Assembly: GCA_051002645.1 (NCBI GenBank)
Contig: JBPCMC010000395.1
Coordinates: 1-35,689 of the forward strand
DNA from: Thermomicrobiales bacterium
GTDB taxonomy: Bacteria; Chloroflexota; Chloroflexia; Thermomicrobiales; JALYUS01
DNA: 35,689 bases
Reading direction: 5' to 3'
How positions within the stretch are numbered: the stretch's first letter is position 1; each line of letters starts with the position of its first letter. This document shows, one piece after another, positions 17,265 to 24,711 of the stretch. The translations under genes were made by a program, and so were the position numbers. The notes below the pieces were generated by a model. The model had not been told where the DNA came from. It did not search any database and saw only the letters and a program-made list of their open reading frames with translations.

Positions 17265-17414
17265 GGGGAACCTCACCCCCTGCCCCTCTCCATTGCGATG
17301 GAGAGGGGTGACTCGCGTCAAGCGTCATGGCTTTCCGTGGATAGCCTTTTTCCCTCCCTATATTGCTCCCCCTCTCCATCGCAATGGAGAGGGGGCCGGG
17401 GGGTGAGGTTCCCC
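17265..17414. repeat. nested palindromic repeat, family B (inverted pair of ~45-bp hairpin units, REP/BIME- or MITE-like)
   Basis: 17265-17308 (GGGGAACCTCACCCCCTGCCCCTCTCCATTGCGATGGAGAGGGG) is nearly identical to the reverse complement of 17368-17414. Each unit contains its own hairpin, CCCCTCTCCAT-TGCG-ATGGAGAGGGG. The spacer is 59 bp. Confidence 0.8.
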
Positions 17415-17464
17415 AGCCCTGCGCTAGTACCGGCGAGGATTGGCTGCGTGGGCTGATTCCGGGA

Positions 17465-18034
17465 TCAGTCGTTGACGCGCTCGATGTACTCGCCCGTCTC
17501 CGGGTTGACGGCGATACGGTCGCCCTCCTTGACGAAGGCGGGGACGCTCACCGTCGCGCCGGTATCGACGATCACGGCCTTGTTGACGCCCTGCACCGTG
17601 TTGCCGCGCGCGGCGATTTCCGCCTCCGTGACGGTGACGACCGCCCGCTTCGGCGGCCGGATGCCGACGCCTTCCGCCTCGTGGACGAGCAATTCGTACG
17701 TCTCACCCTCGCGGATGAAGTTCGCCACCGTGCCGATCACCCCGCGCGGGACGGAGACCTGCTCGAACGTGCTTTGATTCATGAAGAAGTAGTTGTCGCC
17801 CTCCTGATAGAGGTACTGCATGTCTTCGTTGCGGATCGGGTAATCCTCGATCGTCTCGCCCGACTTGAAGGTGAAATCGACGACGCGGCCCGTCTTCAGA
17901 CTCTTCATCTTGGTGCGGAAGAACGCGGAGCCCTTGCCCGGATTAACGAAATCAACCTCGACCATCTGGTGCGGCTGACCCTGGAAAATCACCGTCGTAC
18001 CCCGCTTGAATTCGGATGTTGAGATCAGTGCCAT
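17465..18034 (-). CDS. efp: translation elongation factor P
   Basis: Full-length EF-P with the modification loop VNPGKGSAFFRTK (conserved Lys). ATG at 18034 follows GGAGG. Confidence 0.95.
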   Translation of the reverse strand: MALISTSEFKRGTTVIFQGQPHQMVEVDFVNPGKGSAFFRTKMKSLKTGRVVDFTFKSGETIEDYPIRNEDMQYLYQEGDNYFFMNQSTFEQVSVPRGVIGTVANFIREGETYELLVHEAEGVGIRPPKRAVVTVTEAEIAARGNTVQGVNKAVIVDTGATVSVPAFVKEGDRIAVNPETGEYIERVND

Positions 18035-18128
18035 GCTACCTCCTTCGTACACGCCCGGTCACACGGGCGGAGACGGGGCAATCATTCGTCTATGGGTATC
18101 AGTATACACAATGGTCGCGGGGCGGCAG

Positions 18129-19187
18129 TCAATCGCGGAACTGCTCATGCGCGGGGAACCAAAGCGTCTCCTGAATCGAGCCGACGCCCGCGAAGAGCAT
18201 CACCAGCCGATCGACGCCGACGGCGATGCCGGCAGAGGGCGGCATACCGGCGCGGAGGGCGGCGATAAAGTCCGCGTCAATCTCATACAGTGTCTTGCCA
18301 AGCGCGGCGCGTTCGGCACGTTCGGCGCGCAGTCGTTCCAACTGCTCGTCCGCGTCGGTCAGTTCTGAAAACGCATTGCCCAGTTCAATGCCCGCGATAT
18401 AGACCTCGAACCGCTCCGCGTAGCGCGGATCGTCGGCCTTCCGCCGCGCGAGCGCCGCCATCGACGCCGGATAGTCGTAGAGGATCGTCGGGCGCGACTG
18501 CCCGAGGAATGGCTCGATCTCGTTGAGGAATATTTGATGATACCCCTGTTCCCAGGTAGTTCCCGGCTCGGTAACGTACCCTTTGCGCGCCAGGCACGCC
18601 TGCATGTCTGCCTCGGTCAGCAACGCATCGAGGTCAACGTCGGCGTACCGCGCAAACGCCTCGCGGACAGGAAGCCGCTCCCACGGCGAAGCGAGCACCA
18701 CCCGCTTCCCTTCGACATCGATGGCCGGTTCAACGCCTGGTTGGGCATCGCGGTTGAGGTCGTGCCAGATGGCGGCGAGGAGCGCCTCGCAGTCGGCCAT
18801 GATTGCCCGATAATCGGCATTCGCGCGGTACCATTCGAGGATGGTGAATTCGGGATTATGGCCCCGGCTCACTTCCTCGCCATTGCGGAACGACTTGCAG
18901 ATTTGGTAGATGCGCGGCAGCCCGGCGACGAGCAGCTTCTTCATCGCGTACTCGGGTGAGGTCGTCAGAAAGGCACGATGGGACGCGCCACGCATAGTCG
19001 TCAGGCGCGTCTCGAACACGTCGAGGTATGGCTCCATCCCCGGCGCCGCGACGAGCAGCGGCGTCTCGACTTCTTCGAAGCCGCGCGCATCGAAAAAGGC
19101 TCGGATCGCTCGGATGACCCGACCGCGCACCAAATAGCTATCGAGCAATGTCGGCTGCTCGCGGAGACGCTGCCAGGTTGGTTTCAT
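18129..19187 (-). CDS. epmA: EF-P--(R)-beta-lysine ligase (EpmA/PoxA/GenX), truncated LysRS paralogue
   Basis: Class II LysRS catalytic core without the anticodon domain (FEEVETPLL, SPEYAMKKLLVAG, FRNGEEVSRGHNPEFTILEWY, GIAVGVDRLVMLF). Lies directly upstream of efp. Confidence 0.85.
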   Translation of the reverse strand: MKPTWQRLREQPTLLDSYLVRGRVIRAIRAFFDARGFEEVETPLLVAAPGMEPYLDVFETRLTTMRGASHRAFLTTSPEYAMKKLLVAGLPRIYQICKSFRNGEEVSRGHNPEFTILEWYRANADYRAIMADCEALLAAIWHDLNRDAQPGVEPAIDVEGKRVVLASPWERLPVREAFARYADVDLDALLTEADMQACLARKGYVTEPGTTWEQGYHQIFLNEIEPFLGQSRPTILYDYPASMAALARRKADDPRYAERFEVYIAGIELGNAFSELTDADEQLERLRAERAERAALGKTLYEIDADFIAALRAGMPPSAGIAVGVDRLVMLFAGVGSIQETLWFPAHEQFRD

Positions 19188-19211
19188 GAGGGCACCGGAT
19201 TAGGAGTCTGC

Positions 19212-19335
19212 TTCAAAACTCGCCGGGAATGAACCGCCAAGACGCCAAGAGCGCCAAGAACATACGGGAGAAGAATGTCTTTTCCTCTCTCCTCTATTCC
19301 CACTTGGCGTCCTTGGCGTCTTGGCGGCTTTGCAA
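19212..19335. repeat. structured palindromic intergenic repeat, family A, copy 2
   Basis: Arms 19234-19258 (CCGCCAAGACGCCAAGAGCGCCAAG) and 19303-19327 form a 25-bp stem with a 2-nt internal mismatch. Flanking TTCAAAAC...TTTGCAA matches copy 1. Confidence 0.8.
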
Positions 19336-19341
19336 CCGTCT

Positions 19342-20802
19342 CTAATCGGCGGCGCCGAGCAGCGTGCGTTCGAGGGTGAACTTGGAGGCGTCCTCGTAGA
19401 GCGGGACGGGATATTCGCCGGTCAGACAGGCGGTGCAGAAGCCCTCGCGAGGCTGGCCGATAGCCCGGAAGAGTCCGTCAAGCGAGAGATAGGCGAGCGA
19501 ATCGACGCCGATCTGCCGCCCGATTGCCGCAATGTTGGCATCCAGCCGCGCGGCGATCAGTTCACTGCGCGACGCGAAATCGACACCCATGAAGCAGGGC
19601 CAGAGGATCGGCGGTGCGTGGACGCGCATATGGACTTCGCGCGCGCCCGCGTCGCGCAGCAACTGGACAATCGGCCGGCTCGTCGTGCCGCGCACGATCG
19701 TGTCGTCAATGAGCACGACCCGCTTCCCTTCCAGCACTTCGGGCAGCGGATTGAACTTCAGCGCGATGCCGACCTCGCGCAGGTGCTGGTCGGGCTGGAT
19801 GAAGGTGCGGCCGATGTAGCGGTTCTTTATCAGCGCCTCCGCGTAGGGAATGCCGCTCTCACTCGCGTAGCCAATGCCGGCGGGGATCGCGCTATCCGGC
19901 AGCGGCACGACGATGTCCCCGTCGGCGGGCTGCTCGCGCGCCAGTTCCGCGCCCATCCGCTGCCGCAATAGATGGATGCGGTCGCCGCCCATCATGCTGT
20001 CCGGCCGCGCGAAGTAGATCAACTCGAAGACACAGAGGGCGTCCCGCTCGCCCGGCACGAGGGCGAGGCTTTCCGGCCCCGCCTCCGCCGTGATCCGCAC
20101 GATCTCGCCAGGCGCGACATCGCGCACGAAGGCCGCACCCGTCGTTGCCAGCGCGCAGGTCTCGGAGGCGACGACCCAGCCATTGCCGAGGCGACCGAGC
20201 GAGAGGGGGCGCAATCCGAGCGGGTCGCGCACGGCATACATTTCGGTAGGCGTGAGCACAGCAAGGCTGTAGGCGCCCTCGAACTGGGCCATCGCCGCCA
20301 GCAGTCGGTCCGCGACCGTGCGACCGTCGGCGCAGGCGATCACGCGCGCGAGCACTTCGGAATCGGTCGAGGTCTCGAATCGCTCGCCCGCCGCCTCCAG
20401 TCGCGCGCGCAGCAGCGCCGCATTGGTGAGATTGCCGTTATGCGCGACGGCGATGGGGCCGAGGTCGCTCTGCGCGAGCACCGGCCCGGCATTGCAGGCC
20501 ACGCTCGATCCGGTGGTCGAGTAGCGCGTATGGCCGATTGCGTGGCTCCCGCCGAGCGACTGGAGAATCTCCTCATTGAATGCAGTCGCGACGAGCCCCA
20601 TCCGCGTGTGGATACGCAGTTCGCTCCCCGCTTCGCCGCTCGCGGCGGCGATGCCGGCGCTCTCCTGGCCCCGATGCTGGAGCGCGTAGAGACCGAAATA
20701 GGTGATGCGCGCGACATCCAGACCCGGCGCGACGATGCCGAAGACGCCGCACGCCTCCTGCGGATGATCGAACGGCAGTTCGCCCCGGTACGTCTCGGTC
20801 AT
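19342..20802 (-). CDS. purF: amidophosphoribosyltransferase
   Basis: Propeptide followed by the catalytic Cys (EACGVFGI), YALQHRGQESAGIA, and the PRTase loop RVVLIDDTIVRGTT. AAGGAG RBS. Confidence 0.95.
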   Translation of the reverse strand: MTETYRGELPFDHPQEACGVFGIVAPGLDVARITYFGLYALQHRGQESAGIAAASGEAGSELRIHTRMGLVATAFNEEILQSLGGSHAIGHTRYSTTGSSVACNAGPVLAQSDLGPIAVAHNGNLTNAALLRARLEAAGERFETSTDSEVLARVIACADGRTVADRLLAAMAQFEGAYSLAVLTPTEMYAVRDPLGLRPLSLGRLGNGWVVASETCALATTGAAFVRDVAPGEIVRITAEAGPESLALVPGERDALCVFELIYFARPDSMMGGDRIHLLRQRMGAELAREQPADGDIVVPLPDSAIPAGIGYASESGIPYAEALIKNRYIGRTFIQPDQHLREVGIALKFNPLPEVLEGKRVVLIDDTIVRGTTSRPIVQLLRDAGAREVHMRVHAPPILWPCFMGVDFASRSELIAARLDANIAAIGRQIGVDSLAYLSLDGLFRAIGQPREGFCTACLTGEYPVPLYEDASKFTLERTLLGAAD

Positions 20803-20931
20803 CGCCGTCTCCTTCCGCGTCCCACGCCGCAGATCGAGGGTACGCCCCCGGACTGTACGGACAGTGTATCACAGAATACGGTGCCGAACACCCCAATATT
20901 CCGCAAAACTGGCAATACCGCCAATTCGCGC

Positions 20932-21699
20932 TCATTTGTCCGCGATATCAACGATCACGCGCGTCGGCAGGCTGGCCGAACTGAGCGTCACGCGCGTCGA
21001 TCCGCTGACCGCGATTCCATACGCCGCCGCCGTGTCATCCCGGATCGGGATGCGGTAGACGGACTGCACCATGCCAATATTGACGGCTTGCTCCCCGCCA
21101 CCGAGCGACGTGGCATAGACATCGTCACGCACGCCCCCGAAGGCAACGATGACCGTCCCACCCTGCACCCAGAGGCGCGTACGCGGCACGGGCGCGGCGC
21201 TGCCGTCCTGCTTGGAGAGATCGAAGACGAGACGCGTGAAGCCGTTATCCTTCCCCGAACGGACATTGAGGAGCGTCAGCCCGTCGGATGACCCGCCGAT
21301 CGTTTGCTGCGGCGCACCCGTCGGAATGTCCGCGATCCGATCCGTCCTGGCGCCCGCTGCTTGCGTCGTCGCGACGGCCTGCGATGGGCGCGGCGCCGCC
21401 GTCGCGGGCACGGGCGATGCGGGCTTCGTCGGCACTGGCGTCGAACGCCCGGCGGGAGCGACAGATGCCGAGGCGAGGGGGGTCGGCGTCGCCACCAGCA
21501 GTGGAATGGTCACACCGGGTACGGTCGCGCGCGGTGCGATCGCCGACGCCGCATCGGTAGCCGTCGGCAGATCAGTGGCAATCACGGGCAGACTCGCAGC
21601 GGACGGAACCGGCGTGACGGTCGATTTGGCGCCGCCACATGCGGCGAGCAAAAGAAGGGGAAGGGCAAAGGCAAGTGATCGTGTCCTGAGCAAGCGCAT
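20932..21699 (-). CDS. putative lipoprotein with P/T/A-rich linker and C-terminal AMIN-like domain
   Basis: Signal peptide with lipobox (LLLLAAC-GG) and a low-complexity linker. The C-terminal ~110 aa (FTRLVFDLS...PTRVIVDIA) resembles an AMIN domain from memory. GGAGGG RBS. Confidence 0.65.
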   Translation of the reverse strand: MRLLRTRSLAFALPLLLLAACGGAKSTVTPVPSAASLPVIATDLPTATDAASAIAPRATVPGVTIPLLVATPTPLASASVAPAGRSTPVPTKPASPVPATAAPRPSQAVATTQAAGARTDRIADIPTGAPQQTIGGSSDGLTLLNVRSGKDNGFTRLVFDLSKQDGSAAPVPRTRLWVQGGTVIVAFGGVRDDVYATSLGGGEQAVNIGMVQSVYRIPIRDDTAAAYGIAVSGSTRVTLSSASLPTRVIVDIADK

Positions 21700-22117
21700 C
21701 GGTCCCTCCTGCGCGCATCAACGCAGGCCCATGCCGCCTGGGGATTCGGTGGGGCCAAAAGATCGTGGCGTCAGCGCGGTGGTGGACCCAACACTGATAC
21801 AACTACTGTACCCTCGCGGCATAGGCAATGCAACTGGCGTGGGAACTTCTGCGGTAGGCGGCGCAAGGGGCCGCTGCGCTAGGCATCGATCATCGGGGGA
21901 AGGCCGGGACTACACAGACTAAGGGGATGTCGCCGTGGCCGGTTCGATCATCTCACTACTATCTCTTCTAGACAGTGTATCGGCGGCTGATGCCCGCCTT
22001 TCTGCCTGTCTTCCCTTCACAGCGTGAGCGCTGTGGTATGGGGTCTGCATTTATCCCCGGTATTCCCTGACAGGCTAGGCAGTAGAGGAGCCACGATGCA
22101 CCGGAAACCGGCGTGAA

Positions 22118-22744
22118 GTGTGCCGTCTCAGCAAGAGGATAGTACACTCCGTTGGTCACTTAGGCTTAGAGCGTGGCGCTGTGGCGCGATGGGGTGTCTC
22201 TGTGGTTAGTGGATTAGCAACACGTATTCTGGCAAGTATAGCTGTGCTCGGCTTCGGTCTTTGCCTTGCCTTCCATGTTCTGACCTTCACACATCGCAAC
22301 CCTGACAACTATACTCCCGTGTTTGCTATCCCTCTTATTCTTGTCTTTCTTGTGACATGCGGCACCGTAGCAGCAGACGCGAGTAGCCGCTTTAGCGACA
22401 CCTCTGGGACGGCTCCGCCTGATCTTTGGAAGTTTCTCAATGGCGCTCCGACGCTCTTAGGGGTACTTACCGTGGCGGCTCTTGCATACTTACCGATCAA
22501 CTTCGGTGCCGTCTTGTTCCTGACACATGGACTGACTGCAGAGCATCGGGATGATGCGTATCTTCTCGTGAATCATGGACGGATCATACGTTCCATTACA
22601 CAAGACGAATACAATCAGTACCAGTCTTATGTAATACGTCTAGTAACAGGATTGATATTCCTGTTATACCTCGCTCCGGCAGCCTACCTTTTCTCTTGCG
22701 ACCAGCGGAGGCACACGAAGCTTCCGGAGAGCGGCCAAAAGTAG
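22118..22744 (+). CDS. hypothetical 4-TM membrane protein (ORFan-like, low-GC islet)
   Basis: 208-aa ORF with four clear hydrophobic helices and no internal Met. Only GTG starts are available (22118, 22181 or 22202). No family recognised. Confidence 0.5.
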   Translation: MCRLSKRIVHSVGHLGLERGAVARWGVSVVSGLATRILASIAVLGFGLCLAFHVLTFTHRNPDNYTPVFAIPLILVFLVTCGTVAADASSRFSDTSGTAPPDLWKFLNGAPTLLGVLTVAALAYLPINFGAVLFLTHGLTAEHRDDAYLLVNHGRIIRSITQDEYNQYQSYVIRLVTGLIFLLYLAPAAYLFSCDQRRHTKLPESGQK

Positions 22745-23104
22745 GGACGGTTAGTGCTTGCTAGACCTGCCTCCCCATCTTTTTTTGTGTATAGTTCCGG
22801 CCTCATTTTTGCCGATTGGTCCTTATCTGGCGGGGATTATGCGGGTTCGTCTTTTTTCGTCTCAATCTGTCCTATTTCGTATGGCGGGGCAGAGAAAGAG
22901 CCGCCGGAGTGCGGCGTAATATCGCTGCGAGAGGCAATGGGCCGTGTGAAGGGCTAAGACGGCGTAGGGGCGATCCTGTTGCGTCTGTGTGGAGTGTGGA
23001 GCGATAGAACACTTGACCCATTGCGGGTTGAGATGTAGGGTATACGTACATTGCATATCATAGCATATGTAGGCTCAGGTCCGGGCAGATTGGCGAATAG
23101 GATC

Positions 23105-23851
23105 ATGGTAAGGCGACAAACGAGCACGTTTGACATAAAAGACAAAGTCTTTACTACGAAAGACATGATTAGGCTTGCAGGCGCTATCTACTCGGAGTAC
23201 GAGTCCTTTGAGGAAACCCCGTCGTGGACACACAATAGTTTCAACATCAGCGTAAATTGCAGCGATGGCACTTCGTACCTTGTCGAAGATAATAGTATAT
23301 TCGGTGAGGACGACGTTCTCGCTTTGAAGAGAGTTAAGAGTCTTACCATTGGGACTTACGGAGAGGGCCGAGAAAAGGATATAAGCCTCTCTCTAGCGCA
23401 TAGTACAGAGGCGCTAGGGTCGCTAAATAGACTATCGGTTAGTGGACTAGACCCTTACTGGGTTAGCGGGGTCTTTACTCGCTTAGAAGAGATCATAGCG
23501 TCTGCCAAGCCTCAGTCTATGTTGTTGAGGAAGTATGTATGGCTCTGGTTCCTTTTGCTGTTTCTGTCCTTTGTGGCCTGCATATGGGCTTTAGATGATA
23601 GCGGTCTTGTGGGCACGAACACACTCAGTGCGATTATCAGTACAGTTGGTACGGCGTACCTCCTACTTGGAGGATTCCTAATCCTAAAACTGTTCTTTTT
23701 GTGGCCGTCAGTAGAACTCGCCTTTGGTCCTGAACACACGCGGATAGAGGAAGTCCGTCGAAACCGCATGTCAGCGGGGGCAACATATGTCGTTTTGCCC
23801 CTATCGCTGTCTCTCATATTCGAGATAGGCAAGAGTATTTTCACGCGGTAG
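23105..23851 (+). CDS. hypothetical protein: ~150-aa soluble N-domain + 3 C-terminal TM helices (ORFan-like, low-GC islet)
   Basis: ORF 23051..23851. ATG at 23105 chosen, with TTG 23051 and ATG 23165 as alternatives. TM helices are YVWLWFLLLFLSFVACIWAL, AIISTVGTAYLLLGGFLILKLFFLW and TYVVLPLSLSLIFEI. No family recognised. Confidence 0.5.
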   Translation: MVRRQTSTFDIKDKVFTTKDMIRLAGAIYSEYESFEETPSWTHNSFNISVNCSDGTSYLVEDNSIFGEDDVLALKRVKSLTIGTYGEGREKDISLSLAHSTEALGSLNRLSVSGLDPYWVSGVFTRLEEIIASAKPQSMLLRKYVWLWFLLLFLSFVACIWALDDSGLVGTNTLSAIISTVGTAYLLLGGFLILKLFFLWPSVELAFGPEHTRIEEVRRNRMSAGATYVVLPLSLSLIFEIGKSIFTR

Positions 23852-23898
23852 ATGTGTATTCTGAGTATTGTCCTTCGGGACGGCTCTTTCTTGGCCCT

Positions 23899-23927
23899 TT
23901 GACTTATCATATGATGTGATGTATGGT
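23899..23927 (+). promoter_or_regulatory. sigma-70-like promoter with embedded 10-bp palindrome (possible operator)
   Basis: TTGACT-17 nt-TATGGT. The spacer contains the perfect palindrome ATCATATGAT (23906-23915). Lies about 100 nt upstream of the small putative DNA-binding gene. Confidence 0.35.
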
Positions 23928-24025
23928 CCTTGTGGGAACAGAGAATCCCGCAAAGAACCTTACAAAATGAGGATTGCGAATAGGCGCGGGAAGGCCGCGC
24001 CGGTCTTGGATTGCGGAGAGGTAGC

Positions 24026-24214
24026 ATGGAGAACAGCGCTAACAGGCGTATGGGCCGTCCTCCGAGAGAGGACCGTGAAGCACTACTTACGGAGCGTGTG
24101 ACTGTCCCGGTTAGCGTCGAAATGAAAGCTTGGGTATTAGCTCATGGCGGGGCGAGTTACATTCGGCGGCTAATCGAAGAGGACCGGAAGAGGCGCGAAG
24201 ACGCCGGAAGTTGA
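24026..24214 (+). CDS. small basic protein, possible ribbon-helix-helix/CopG-like DNA binder
   Basis: 62 aa from the ATG at 24026 (GGAGAGG RBS). GRPPRE...ERVTVPVSVEMKAWV resembles the RHH beta-strand/helix pattern, followed by a charged tail. Assignment is by resemblance only. Confidence 0.45.
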   Translation: MENSANRRMGRPPREDREALLTERVTVPVSVEMKAWVLAHGGASYIRRLIEEDRKRREDAGS

Positions 24215-24232
24215 CACCTATTTGACACCTAT
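24211..24232. repeat. perfect tandem 11-mer TTGACACCTAT x2
   Basis: Read directly: 24211-24221 and 24222-24232 are identical. The first copy contains the stop codon of the small gene. Confidence 0.9.
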
Positions 24233-24249
24233 TGGCGTTTCAGGCGGCC

Positions 24250-24273
24250 AAAAGCCCCGCCGGATAGCGGGGC
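24250..24273 (-). terminator. rho-independent terminator downstream of the tRNA-Ser(CGA)-tRNA-Ser(GGA) pair
   Basis: Minus strand reads GCCCCGC-TATCCG-GCGGGGC followed by TTTT, 51 nt past the tRNA 3' end. Confidence 0.6.
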
Positions 24274-24323
24274 CGTTAGACTACTTGATAGCTTGCATTT
24301 CCCTTGTGTAGTAAAGGGAAAAC

Positions 24324-24415
24324 TGGCGGAAGGGGCGGGATTCGAACCCGCGAGGGTTTTGACACCCTACGCGATTTCCAGTCGCGCGCACTAGGCCAAA
24401 CTATGCGACCCTTCC
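24324..24415 (-). tRNA. tRNA-Ser (anticodon GGA), class II with long variable arm
   Basis: Sense strand GGAAGGG...CCCTTCC-G-CCA, anticodon loop CTGGAAA, long variable arm, T-arm GCGGG-TTCGAAT-CCCGC. Confidence 0.88.
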
Positions 24416-24456
24416 CTGCTTCACGTTGTCGGCATTGCCCCGGAGGTAGGCTGGGG

Positions 24457-24546
24457 TGGCGGAGAGGGTGGGATTCGAACCCACGAAGGCTGTTACACCT
24501 TACTCGTTTTCGAGACGAGCTCATTCGGCCGCTCTGACACCTCTCC
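24457..24546 (-). tRNA. tRNA-Ser (anticodon CGA)
   Basis: Sense strand GGAGAGG...CCTCTCC-G-CCA, anticodon arm CTCGT-CTCGAAA-ACGAG, long variable arm, T-arm GTGGG-TTCGAAT-CCCAC. Confidence 0.88.
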
Positions 24547-24570
24547 CTCCGGTGACGTCGCCTCACACGG

Positions 24571-24599
24571 ATGATAGCAAACGCGGCCATGCTTGGCAA
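24571..24599 (-). promoter_or_regulatory. sigma-70-like promoter for the tRNA-Ser(CGA)/(GGA) pair
   Basis: Minus strand TTGCCA-17 nt-TATCAT, ending 24 nt upstream of the mature tRNA 5' end. Confidence 0.45.
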
Positions 24600-24711
24600 T
24601 TTGCCGGGCGCGCCCTGCCTCGTTTCTCCCGGTATACTCCGTGCGTACGAGCAATCCGAGATGAAGCCGACCGGCGCCGACGCCGCACGATCCGTAGAGG
24701 AGTGACGAGCA

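Noticed and set aside
19972-21291. 439-aa plus-strand ORF opposite purF and the lipoprotein gene
   Set aside because: It spans two real minus-strand genes and their intergenic region, has a shadow-frame composition, and shows no motifs.
21895-21909. GGGGGAAGGCCGGGA as a definitive att repeat of the tRNA-Ser(GGA) 3' end
   Set aside because: The match is imperfect (needs a gap and mismatches) and very GC-rich, so chance is plausible. It is kept only as a weak supporting note in the islet finding.
21700-21960. Possible riboswitch (c-di-AMP/ydaO-like) in the long leader upstream of the lipoprotein gene
   Set aside because: Only scattered short resemblances (GGACCCA, GGGGATTC) were found. I could not assemble the conserved pseudo-symmetric core by eye, so it is unsupported without a covariance-model search (cmscan against Rfam would decide).
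22745-23104. Small ORFs (22754..22957, 22816..23007, 22862..23056, 22954..23166) in the islet's internal spacer
   Set aside because: They are mutually overlapping with no RBS or convincing composition. The region more likely holds the terminator T-runs and promoter (TTGACC-17-TAGGGT) of the flanking genes.
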